Below, piece by piece: positions 47,857-59,916 of a stretch of 64,000 bases of DNA (within the stretch, counting starts at the first letter, position 1; the number at the start of each line of letters is the position of its first letter). Both the position numbers and the translations under genes were made by a program. The stretch comes from Oikopleura dioica. Taxonomy: Eukaryota; Animalia; Chordata. The stretch covers positions 5,270,001 to 5,334,000 of the forward strand of contig OU015567.1 of the NCBI GenBank assembly GCA_907165135.1, in the 5' to 3' direction. Below the pieces are notes generated by a model. That model ran no database searches, was not told the origin of the DNA, and worked only from the letters and a program-made list of their open reading frames with translations.

Positions 47857-48155
47857 TTCCGCAAATTTTCTCTTCTTCTACTCTTCAATAAGCTCTTTTC
47901 ACAGTTGAAAACAAAAATTCTCCAGCGAAAATATGCAAAAATGAAATAAAAAGGAAAATATTCGCGTTTAAAATTCGCTATTTGCTGTTTCTGCTATCAA
48001 ATCGGACTGTTTTCCCTTTGATGAGTCACTGCGCGAAAAAAAGCTCGCACTCCTCCTTGATTTCAAATATCAGAAGGCTCCGATTTTAACCTTTATTAGT
48101 ACAGTAATATACAGATTCTCATAAAGACAGATTCTCTGATAATTTATTAAGCTTT

Positions 48156-51015
48156 TCATCTTCTTAGCAGCCATCTTTTTGCGTCAGAAAGTATCTTTAT
48201 ATACTCTAAAAACGATAGATGAAAATGACTTCTGCGGAGCAAAATCCTGACCTCAATATTTTTAGTGCTTAGTTTGTAGCGCAGAATCTAAGGAGTCGAA
48301 TGGTACAATTTTTATGTGTCCAAGCCACGAAGAATGTCAAATTCTAGCGCCTAAAGTACCTGAAAATGACAGGTCATGAAGCCCTGTATCTCCGAAAATT
48401 TTCGAATATACATATGGGTATCATTCGAAAGCCCAGCTGAAACTGTGTATGGGCACCTGGTGCGCAAGTTATGATTCTGAAAAAAAATTTCGATTGAAAA
48501 TTTTTTGTCTCAAAAAATATTTTTTCGCTTGGAATTTTCTCTTGCGCAGTGGGTGCCCATACACAGTTTGAGCTGAGCTTTTCAACGATATCAAAATCTC
48601 CATATAATTCTGAAAATTTTCGGAGATACAGGGCTTCATGACCATTTTTCAAAAGGGGGCCTTTATGACGTCATACGTGATGACTCAGACACTCAAAATT
48701 ATACCATTCGAATCCTTAGGCGTTGTTCTTTCGAATGAGCACAAGAAATATAGGGGCTAGAATTTTGCTCCGCAAAAGTCATTTTTAAGTATCAAACCAG
48801 CCTGGTCAAAAGTATATCTTGGTAAACCTCAAACCTTTTCTGAAACGAGTGTTCATCATCGCGTACACAATCGGATTGACGCAACTGTTGAGCCAGGTTA
48901 AATTGCTCGCCGCCATATGTAATCTTGGATCCAAACAGCCCTGGTTTCAAAATTAGAGTTATTTTTGATGATGGGAAGGACTACCTGTATCAAGTTTAAA
49001 ATGACAGACGGTAAGAAAAGCGAGATAAATATGGAGCAAATGGTGACCGAGCAAATGAGCAATTTTGTATCTGCTCGCTTTTTGTGACTATTGCGCGGGC
49101 CAGACGAAACTGGAGGAGTGAGGAGATGGGTTGATGAAGATTTTGCAACGGTGACGGTGGATTTTGAGGTATTTGGGAGGGTTATTGTTGATGCAGCCTG
49201 AAATAAGTTATGCTGCGGGCTTTACTACTGAAAAAATAAGAAAAAGAGGGTGGCCCCTTGTTCATCCTTGACTTCGTGCAAATGTGACCTTGTTCATCGT
49301 CTCACTTCCAACATTTGTTCACTCATTTGTTCGAAGAAAAATCTTCTGTATTTTCAAAATCACATTCGCAAGGCTATGTCATTCACAAGGCTACGTGGCC
49401 TAGCCTATGAACAAGGGCACACATGCATCAAGTAAGAAGATGAACAAGGTCACAAATTGCGACTCACAATTACACGAATTTAGGGATGAACATGGCCTTT
49501 TTTTAAAGACTCTATCTTACTTTTGAAAAGTTAGATGAGATATTTTCCGTGCTTAATTCGGGCGATGCCAGACAATCAGAAGCTGCCAGTAGTGTTTTTC
49601 CAGTAGCTGCTGAAGTGATTTTATTACCCCACTTTTTCAACCACAACCTTGATTCTTCTTTTAATACCTGAGTCGGCGTGTGAAACAGTTGATGTCGGAA
49701 ATTGACTGGAAGGTGGTTCACTTGAGGTTGTGATTTGCGGCTTGCTCTGCCGCGTAGAATTGGCAGATTTGATGCGGATTGTTCGCCTAAGTGTCGCGCG
49801 GATTCCCTTGAGTCGTTCACCGATGGTTTTTCGGCGAAATTCGGAAAAGACAGAATCTTCTGTGTCGTAAATACAGGGCTTCTTCGTCGCCTGCATACTT
49901 TGATAAGACCTATTTACGGGGAACTAGGGCACTTACGGTCGAATTAGCGGTCTTGTACGTCGCCATTTGTTCTTCCTGCTGCCGAACTTTGACGAAAATC
50001 GTCGAGTAGCAAATGACCATGAAGATCCAAGGAAGAAATTGGAAGAAAATCCGACAAAAGAGCATGTAGTCCAGCCACCAGATTGTCATTTCTGAGCGAA
50101 CGAAGGTGCTGAAAATGATGATTTTAATGATGATAGAGGGTTGGAAATACCAAAGAAATTGATCTTCATTCCAACTGACAATTGAATGACCGTTGTGTTT
50201 GAAAAGTACGGGGGACATGAATGCTGGAGCGATAAGCCAAGATAAAATCACCAAAATCGTCACCTAAATGAAGCGTTTGAAAAAAAATTTTCAACCAATC
50301 AGAAGCCTGAATTCGGCTTAACGGCCAATCAGCAGCTGAGTAGCCGACCACGCAAAATTTGTCGATATTTTTCTTTTTTAAGACCCTGAGTCAGGTTTTC
50401 TACACAGGTTTTCGAGTCGAAAATTCGACCCTTTTTCAAGAGTTTTCATGACTTACATTTCTTTTCGAAAAGAGCGTCACATACATATCGCGATGAATAA
50501 TGATAACAAATCGATTAAAAGTGATCGCCATCAGGCACACAATCGAAGTATAACCGCAGCAGAAGTAGACGAATGCTTGGAATGTGCAGCTTCGAATGGG
50601 CTTTTAGCGCGATTAATTTCTTAGAGCACTCATTCTGCGGTATTTTTATTGGCAGCGTCTATCCGCGGGTTCAAGCGAAGAAAAAAGCTATAGAAGTTGA
50701 TGAATCAACTCCATTAAAGCCGTTCCTGAAATGATCTGCTCCGAAGGGCCATTCTTTCTTCAAATAACCGGTCAAGTTGAACGGCATCATCAAGCTCGCC
50801 GTGACCAAATCGATGACAGAAAGATTGACAATGAAAACGTTGTAGGGCGTGTGCAGCGCTCGACATCTGTAGAAGGCCAAAATTGTCATTAAATTTCCGA
50901 TCGTTCCAACGACGATGTCAAAGGCGGCAATGGTGGATCCGAAGTAGCGGAACGACTCGATTGCTTCGCGGGAGACATTTGATATGCAGGGTTCTTCGAG
51001 GCTAGAAACAGTCAT
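48156..51015 (-). CDS. Class A GPCR, GPR84/Tre1-like, with a long third intracellular loop
   Basis: TM1 GTIGNLMTILAF, TM2 NLSVIDL, TM3 MAITFNRF and TM7 LHMAASNLTWLNSCVNPIVYAMMN, which is close to the recalled GPR84 HMLAANLTWLNGCINPVLYAAMN; last exon EYIKILSDAKRWLLRR*. Confidence 0.85.
48222..48786. mobile_element. Foldback element in the last GPCR intron
   Basis: Outer arms at about 48222-48315 and 48695-48786; inner arms at about 48375-48470 and 48541-48641. Confidence 0.7.
49250..49500. repeat. Repeat family D (CCTTGTTCATCC / GGATGAACAAGG, GCTACGTGGCCTA)
   Basis: Related intronic copies at about 40650-40735, 47640-47760 and 51025-51057. Confidence 0.65.
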
Positions 51016-52836
51016 TGATTGACAAGCCACGTGGCCTACAGGATGAACGAGGCCACAATTGGCTTCTTATTCCATCTTTTTTGATAGAAAGCGGACAAAA
51101 TTGCCGCTTTTTTAGTCAAAAATGATCAGAACTATCAAATTTTAGCATTTTTACGAAACGACTTGCGAAAATTTATTGAAAATTTTGGTCATTTTGACTC
51201 GAAAAACGACAAAATTGCCGATTTTATTTCAGAAAAATTTTCAAAATTGCCATATTTTGGTGAAAATGGTCGATTTTTCGGCCAAAAATACTGAAAATAT
51301 GGAAATTTTCTTCATTTTTGACACGAAAAAGTGTGATTTTTTTTTGTTTTTTTTTTTTGGTCTTAAGAATAATTTAAAAGCCTCATTCATCATTATTATT
51401 TTAAGATTTTTGCTTATAAAATATTAATATTTTTTCACTGAAAGCGCGAAAATATAATACCTGATGGATGAATTCATAACGGGTTCTCTTTCACTCTAAG
51501 CAGCATTTCGAGTCGTTTCACGTCTGAAAGAAAATTATGTGAATCGAACTGGCTGATTTGCGTTCGAGTGAGCCGGATGATCCTCTGCGGCTCATTCGAA
51601 TTTGGACAGACGCAGACTATAATTTTCGTTTTATAATCGCTCCATCTTCAAACATCTTTAAAAAGCTGCTTATATTTAAATATAAAGGAGAATATACTCA
51701 TAAGTGGAGCTTCTCAATTTGCTGGAAAATCGAAAGATAAAGTTAATTTTGGCGAAGAAAAAGAAGAAAATTGTCAATCAGAAATGGGGATTATCGTATT
51801 TAAATCAAGCATTTATGATGGTTTAGTTTATTCGACGGGGCATATTGATCACGTGTCTTAATTTTCGACTTGACAATGAAAATTTCTCCGCTTTTCGCGA
51901 ATTCTGCGATCGGCAGCCTGTTTAAAAACCTGAGTCAGGGATCTGAAAGAGCTTAAATAAAAAGCCGCAGAGCGGCTTTTATAAATTTTTAGCCGCAGAG
52001 CGGCTTCGCCAAAATATCAATGGCAATCCATTCTATATTCTTGCGAAGCCGCTCTTTATGACCCTGACTCAGGTTATTTTACACAGGGAAAAACACAGTC
52101 CTAGGGTTTTTATTTTATTTTCTATCAATTTGAGTATTTTCTCTTCATCTAGCAATATTTCTCTGTATAGAGGCATTTTTGAGAGGCATTTTCGGAGCAT
52201 TGACCATGCTCAATGCTGAGGAGTTTAATATTAAATTTTACAGTCTGGTCGACCTTTAGTCTCGAGCCGTTATTTCTGCGCTCTTCTCTCTCAGAATGAC
52301 GCTGTCTACGTAAACCCGGGTCAACTTAGCACGCCTCTCTCCCTCTTACTGAAAGAAAACAGCTCTTTATATAGCGTTGACTCTTTGACAAAGACCGATG
52401 CTCAGAATTTATCAAGAAAGAATAAACTCTGAAATAATAAAGGAAAAGAGAAGACGCGATGGCGGAGTTCAGAAAAGACTCAGATGTCATCTAATTATAA
52501 GATCGATTAGCCGATTTTCAAGAGAAACCCGTCCTTAGGGGCTCCCTCAGTTTAGTATAAATGATGAATTTTAAACTACGATCATTCAAAAAAAAAAAAG
52601 ATTTTTTAACAGGAGAAAAGGGGGTTTCCTCCTTATTTTCTCTAACAATTAAGATATCATCTTGCCGATAGATTTTTTCAACCCTTCTCTATTCAGCAGT
52701 TTATTCATATTTTACCTATAAAATCAGGTTTTCCCGGATTTTAGTTATAAAAATCCCGCTTCTCGTCGACCTCCCCCCTTAACTCTTGTTAGAAATGCAG
52801 TTTTTTTTCTAGAATTTTTGAAAAAAAGTGATAATG

Positions 52837-53301
52837 TTATAATTTAAATGAAAGATAAGAATTTTTCATTTGATACGCCGCTTGAAGACTCTTAAGTAAA
52901 ACATTCTGGACATTTATGCCGAAGACTCTCAATTTTATAAGAATTAAAATTTCAAGTAATAATAATAAATCTCTAATGAAAACCATCTTATCGGAAAAGC
53001 AAGATATTTTTGCCGCCCCGATATCTCTTGAGCGCCTCTCTTTTTTCCCGATTTTGAAAAAGTACTGATCTAATTTTCTGCCGATGAAAGTAGCCCGCGA
53101 CAGTTGAAGTGGTAAATTGGCCCGCAGTCGGAGAGCAGGAACGGAAGGGTCGCAGTCCCTGAGGAGCCACAAGCGTTTGAACGCCAAATTTGGACGCTTA
53201 TGCACATCATCTGACATATTTAATTGTGCAGAAGCTTCTGGGCAAATTGACAGAAGTGCAATTTTACGGTTCTCACTCGCTTGCGCTTTCCTGTCAATCA
53301 C
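52837..53301 (-). CDS. Uncharacterised ORF
   Basis: 154-aa open frame only; no motif recognised. Confidence 0.2.
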   Translation of the reverse strand: MIDRKAQASENRKIALLSICPEASAQLNMSDDVHKRPNLAFKRLWLLRDCDPSVPALRLRANLPLQLSRATFIGRKLDQYFFKIGKKERRSRDIGAAKISCFSDKMVFIRDLLLLLEILILIKLRVFGINVQNVLLKSLQAAYQMKNSYLSFKL

Positions 53302-53659
53302 CAGAAAAAACGGCAGTTGAACTTTTTGTCTTCAAAAAAAAAAAATTAGACTAGGGCTGTTTTTTATTTTCCGCCGAGCAGTAATTCATTGGTGTCAAGA
53401 AAAGAATCGGATTTGAGTAGAATCTTCTATGATATCCAATCGTCTCGACATCCACAACATCATCATTATCTTTATAGATGTTTATAAAAAAAAAGCTCTG
53501 GAAACGACGAAAAATTTCGAAAAAATTTGCGTTGGCGGCAACTCCGCTGCTGATTGGCCGGTGTGGAGAACCCGGGCTTCTGATTGGTTGAAAATTTCGA
53601 TGCAAAATTTGTCGAAATTGTTTTTGTCGATTCAAGGCACCTCCCCAAATAACTTCCAA

Positions 53660-56600
53660 AAAAATTAGTTCTCATGATAACTCATGATTAGCGTAAGAGC
53701 GCCAAAAACATCCATTCCTAATTTGATGCGTTGTATTTGCCGAGCAGAGCCTTCAGTTTCTCCCGGAAAAAGATAGATGCTTTCTTCGACAAACAAGGCT
53801 GATCCCAAGTAGCTGATCTAGTAAGACACACTTATTGATCAGGCGAAAGAAAAATGTGAAAACCTGTTTGAGAGATTTTTTCTTCTTCCATTTTCCGAAG
53901 ATATTCAAAACCCAGATGTCTTTCAAGCCCTTTTCATTCTTGAAATCGTAGCCTCCCAAAGTAGCGATCGCTCCTGACGGCAGCCCAACAGTCTGATGCT
54001 GCAAGATCCAGCTAAAACACATCATCGGGAGGAAAACATTGGGTCTTACATTGGATGGTTCGGAAGCGGCTCCCAGCCTTTTTCTGTCAATGTTTCCGAA
54101 AAAGCAAACCTCGAATAAGGGTAATCAAAGCCTCCGATCGCTGCTGGCTTTCCTTTATAAAAATCAAGTCCGCCATTCCAATGACCTTTTACCAAAGAAA
54201 AGGTCTTTTTGACAGTTTCGCCGTCGAAGATTTCGCATTTTTTCTCTGTTTTCGCATCAAAGCAAACAAGGGCTGAAAATTAATAGGGCTCAGAAACCTG
54301 AGTCAAAACTTGAGTCGTGTTCTGAAGAGCAAAAATGAAAAGCCGCGGAGTGGCTATTTTAAGAACGAAGCCGCGTAGCGGCTTCGCAACATGATAGTTT
54401 TAATATATTTCAAATATTGGCGAAGCCGCTTTGCGGCTTCGATTTTTAAAAAGCCGCTATGCGAGCTTTTTTCAGAACCTTACTCAGGTTTTTACACAGG
54501 TTGCCGAGCCAAGAATGATGCGATTTCTAGAGATGACTTTTACCTTCGGTTCCATCAGAGATAGATAGAGCTTTCCCGATGTAGTAGAAATTGTGGATGA
54601 GTTTTAATTCTAGTGTCTTAAACTGGCATTCTTCTAGCACCGAAATCTTCAAGAGGATAAATAAACAAGCGCTGATGATTGTTCTTACCCTGCGTTCATC
54701 CAAACCACCCCCAAAAAGATGCAATTGACCATTAACAAGAGCATAGATAGATTTATACGCATAGTTTGCCTTATTCTTATTGCTGGGTGAAATTTTTATG
54801 TTTTGATTTTTCGAACCATCTCCAAACAGAGCATAAGGCTGGGCAAACCGTTCTTCAGGAAAAATGACGAGAATCTGACTCGGTCGATTTTGGAAGAAAA
54901 ATATGTTTTTGATTTCTGTTTTGTCGTCGAATTTTAATAGTTTTATTCTTTTATCATCGATCGATCTCAAATCCTTCATCTTTTCCGATGCAAGAGTTGT
55001 TCCATTTTTCAAAATTTCCAAGAAAATTGATGATTTTTCCTGCACATCGAAGTTGATCTCGAGCGATGTCCATGCAAGATGATGGACAAAAACATGCTCG
55101 AGCACTAATGATCCTTCGAAAAAATCAGACTGAATCTTGATAGAGTTGTTTGCTAAAAGATGGAGGTCGAATATGCACTCTTCATTATTGTACGATCGAA
55201 ATTCCAGAATTTTCACGGAAGCATTGGCACTGCTCGTTTTCTTCTGAGGTTCAAAGGATTATCGAAAATGAGGCTCTTGTTTCACTAAGAACCTTCCTTT
55301 AGGTCAATGTTGAGCTTTCTTGTCTCGTTAAAATCAAGTTCAAACGACGAAATGTGACTAAATTCATTGAAAGATACAAAAGCCGGGTCCAAGTCTGAAT
55401 CTGGAACGATTGCCATTGGATAGGGTGGACTGAGGGTACTTGCTTTCGGGGGCTTTTCTCTCTATGCTCGAGAAAAAAATTTTTTTCTAGAGCCCGGCCT
55501 GATCGAGGAAATAGATCCTGCTGGGCAGCGTTTTTCGCGAAACCAGGAAAAACATCTTTATGAAACTCGAAGAAGGGATTGCTCGTCACGTGCATCTTCT
55601 CTCTCGATTTTCGCTGTTGAAAATCGACCTCGATTTGCTCGAAGTTGAAGAAGATCTCGAAAGTGGTATCAAAGACGACATTTTGGAGGTAAATTCGATC
55701 GTTGTTCAAAAAACCATTGATGAGGTATTCGCACTCGTCATTGTTAGTTCCGAATTCGTTGGTGAAAGCAAAATCTTTTGGCGCAAAAAGACCTGAGTAA
55801 CAGCGCGATTCTTCCTCGTATTTGACAAGCGAGCCGATCCACTCAGTCCCGATCGTGATGTACTTTCCTTCCTTTTCGAGCAGCAAGGAGTACTGCATGT
55901 TTGAAAGCACGATGCTTCTCGTGACAAGAACAAGAAGCAGCTTTCCAAGGTCGATCAAGGGAATCACGTGGACAGGATCAAAGTCTCTGAATTCCACTGG
56001 CAAAGCGATTTCATCCTTTCGCCAGCCTTTTTCGACCTCTTCTGATGCTCGAATTCTGTTCAAAGCGACCGTCTTTGAGGCCAAAATCCAGCCGTCGCCA
56101 AGCCTCATGCTCAGTAGATGAAAAACTCCGCCGAAGCTGATCGCAGAAGTCTTGGCATTGAAATGGTTGCTCGCGATGTATCCTTGGGCAGTTTCAAATC
56201 TGGCAAGATTGTAATCCGGCGCGTAGTAGTAACATTTGTCTTTTCTTTCAATCGGAGAGCAGATCGCAACGATCGAAAAGACCGTCGTTTCTTTTTCTTT
56301 ATTTCTGATGGTGATCTCGTGAGTCCCAATCGACGAGCCATAGTGAAAGACGAAATTACTAGCGAAGATTTTACCTTTTCGTCTGCGAAAAATCATACCT
56401 ATCAAAGCGGTTTTTAATGAAAAGCGAAGTGATGCCATTTTCCCGGACCCGCTTCATATTGCCTTTTCGATCCACCAAATAATGCTCACCATTTAGGAAC
56501 GTCGCGCCAATCGCCTTTTCATGTTTTTGAGACGGGATGAACTTAGGGTTAGGGTTAGGGGCTCAATCTCCGGTTTTCAAAAACATTCATAATGCGCAAA

Positions 56601-57437
56601 ATCGTCTTCTTGAGAAGCCATTATTTTGACAGCAGATTGCTCAGGCCGCGTGAGATCAAAAAATTCGAGTGGTATATTGTCGACGATTTCAGTGCTCTGA
56701 GAATCATTTCTGGCCAAGTCGAAGACAGGGATAAACTGCTGCTCGTCATTTAACTTTTCACAATTATAGAACGGGCACGGGCAGCCATTTATACAGTAAT
56801 TTTCTCCAGGACAAACTTCTCCAGCAAAATCAAAAGATCTAGTCAGCTCAAAGCAAATTGACTCGCATGGGGAAATTGGATTTGTCTTCGTTGATTTCAA
56901 AATGAGTGTATTTGAGCATAAATGGCGGCAGACTTTTGCATCGTAGAATTTTTTCTTTTTGCATCGTCTGAGATTCACTTCGTTTTCTTCTTCAGAAAAC
57001 ACCATTTTTTCGTTTTCTAGGGGCGGTATTTTGGCGACGGGCTGTGGGAGGATGAATTTTTTGGTTTCGAAGCATTTCTTCATCAAATGTCCGCAAATGT
57101 CCATTGATTCAAATCGAATGCAATTTTTATAGCTTCGATGGCATGTTGAAGTCAGATACGTCGTTTTGCCCTTCGATTTCTCGAGTGATTGAAAATTCGC
57201 TAAGACCATGATGGAAATCCAAAAAAGAGAGCCAAAAACTGTGTAGGTATACTTTTGCGGGTTCGTTGAAAATCCATGCTTTGCGATATTAACTGACCCA
57301 TTTACTTTTTTCTTGTATAATTTTTTGCTCAAATCTGCTTTTTGAGTATGAATGTTTCGAGAAGCCAACACCGACTCGGGAAAGAGGTAAGTTTTCTTGC
57401 CACTTCGTTTCAATATTCCAATGCATTGGCAATCCAA
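53660..57437 (-). CDS. Secreted Cys-rich / kelch-like family protein, paralogue B
   Basis: Hydrophobic VFGSLFWISIMVLA; TYLTSTC...ICGHLMKKC; AGEVCPGENYCINGCPCPFYNCEK; middle domain shared with paralogue A; kelch-like LVNGQLHLFGG, LVCF...CEIFDG and IATLGG. Both ends are approximate. Confidence 0.72.
56543..56560 (+). repeat. (TTAGGG)3 interstitial telomere-like tract
   Basis: Three perfect hexamers inside an intron. Confidence 0.6.
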
Positions 57438-57490
57438 ACACTAGAGAATGTGCAGTTTAGTATTACTAAGGCCCCGATTAAGGGGTAAAA

Positions 57491-57871
57491 TTAAGGGGGG
57501 GGGGGTCGACGAGAATTTTTTCCGGGGTGATCGTAATTTCGCTTATACCCATAGTCTGGATATGAATCATATATTTTTGGAATGTACAGATCCTCCCGAA
57601 TCTGTTGAGCCTAAAATCATTTGATAAAAATTAGATTTAGGGGGTGAAATGATTGAAATTGTAAAAAAATGACCATTTTTGGTGCCGAAAAAGGCCCTAC
57701 TTTGACGGGATTTTTGACCGATTTTTTCTGGCCAAAATTTTTTCTAGTTTTTGCCGGTTTATTTTTTCAATCCCTTTCTATTCACCAGTAAAATCAGATT
57801 TTGCCTTTTTAATCTGGTTTTCCCGCATTTTTGGTCACGGAAATCCCGATTCTCGTCGACCTCCCCCTTAA
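57491..57871. mobile_element. TTAA-flanked MITE (Kolobok-like)
   Basis: TTAA-G(n)TCGACGAGAA ... TTCTCGTCGACCTCCCCC-TTAA; a second right end lies at about 52720-52782. Confidence 0.75.
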
Positions 57872-58199
57872 GGGAGTCACGAAGAAAGAAACCTGTATTC
57901 TCTCTTGATAAAATTCTTCGGACGGTTCTCCCGTCTCTCTCATTTTTCCTCTTCAGTTTTTGTTTGACAACGCGAAAATAAAGGAAAGGCAAATGTCAAA
58001 AAGGAGTTTCCAAGGCTGACATTTTGACATTTATTTCTTTATGAGAGTAAAAATGGGACGTTTTACGTATTTTTTTTTGTTTGATGGTTTTTTTTTTGTT
58101 TTATTTTCTTTCGAATGAAATTTAAAATTTATTGTTCAAAGTATGAGGAACGAGTAGCGTGCGCAAAGATCATAAACAGCGAAAACATAAATAATCTTC

Positions 58200-59740
58200 T
58201 CGCAATCAATCACTTTTGAATCTTGTCACGAGGCAGGAAGGCAGGAAGAGGTAGCCCTGAACTTTTCCAACAGCAGCGTCTTCTTTCTTCAACTGATCAG
58301 CTTATGCTTTTGTTGAGTAATCGTCGTTGGGAGGATCCGAAATTTTCAAAAGTCACTCGTCCAGAATAATTACTAAAAAGGAATACTAAGGATTCTTCAT
58401 TTGCTCAGAAACCTGTGTTGGAGCCTGAGTCAGGGTCAAAAATGAACTTCAAGAAAAAGCCGCATAGCGTCTTTTATAAAAACGAAGCCGCGAAGCGGCT
58501 TTGCCAAAATTATCTTAATCAATTATTTTATAAAATAAATTTTTATTATATTTTTGGCAAAGCCGCTTCGCGGCTTCATTTTTATAAAAGCCGCTACGCG
58601 GCTTTTCATTGAAGCCATTATCAGACTCTTACTCAGGTTTCTGAGGTTCTTAATATAATTATTCGATAAATTTAATAATTTTTGCAAAGCCGCTTCGCGG
58701 CTTCGTATTAATAAAAGCCGCTACGCGGCTTTTTATTTTGAAATTTTAAATAATAAAAAAACCCTGTCTCAAATTCTGTTAATAGATTTGCGAGCCCAAA
58801 TATGAAAAAAACGGTTCTTAGCAAGGCAAAGTTCAAAAGGACTTAGTTCAAAATATTATTCAATATTTTCACGTTTGGAACAATTGGTTTTGTTATCCTC
58901 TTACTCTTTTGAGAGTCTTAGAGTGTTTTGGATACAGAACGGTTTACCTCTTGAGCGATTGTCGTCTTTGATAATTGAAATTGGCGCTGCTGGAGCAGCC
59001 AGAATTGATTTTATCCGTCGAAATGTCAAAGCCGGAAAGTCGTTCTAGCGATCGAAGCGATCGTTTTATCGAGCAAGGGGTCGTGTGCCTAGAAAAAATG
59101 GATTTTCGGATCGAGAAAAACGCATACTGAGATGGGTAAAGATGAGAAGTCGACTCAGAATCGACTGAATTTTCTTTCCGGAGCTGAGATCGTTTCCACC
59201 TGCCTCCGTTTCTTATTGCAATGGACGTTTTTCGATTGTGGTTGACTTGTTCTACGTTGTGGACAGATATCTGATTGGCGATTTGCAATCTAGAACTCTC
59301 ATGTTTGAACATAGAATAAGGGTATTTACTTGTAAAAGGCATCATCTCGGAGATCTTCGAAATTTTCTCTTGAAATCGGGATTTCGAACTTTTCTTTTTT
59401 CGAGCTAAAAATTTGCTTTCAAAATTGAATATAAACCCCCCTAATATTTTAAGGAGTCAGGAACTGACAAAAAATTTCGACAAATTTTACGTGGAAATTT
59501 TCAACCAATCAGAAGCCTTGATTTGGCAAACCAGCCAATCAGAAGCCGATAAGCCGCCCACGCAAAATTTATCGATTTTTTTGTCGGTTCCTGACGCCAC
59601 CCGCTTAATTTTAGTCCAAAAACTGACCTAAATATTTTTCGTATTCTTTTCCAAATTGACGATTTTTGACACTTATTTTCAGACTGTTCAAAATTTCTTA
59701 TATTTCTGCGAACCTCTGAATGCCGATCCATTTTTATGAA
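58200..59740 (-). CDS. Uncharacterised Ser/Arg-rich protein
   Basis: Probable ATG near 59730 (MDRHSEVRRN), open exon 58944-59345 ending at a GT donor; downstream exons uncertain. Confidence 0.35.
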
Positions 59741-59916
59741 AATAAGAAAATTGCAAAAAAAAAATTTAAATTCTAGTATTTCGTGTTTGCCTCGCTGGGC
59801 CACACTTCTTATGAGACGCCTCTTTTCGCATTTCCATTTTTTGGCAAGACAATTACTTTTATGGCCCGGATTCGCGCCTTGTTTTGGAGAAAATGTTTTA
59901 TTTTGCATTTTAATAG

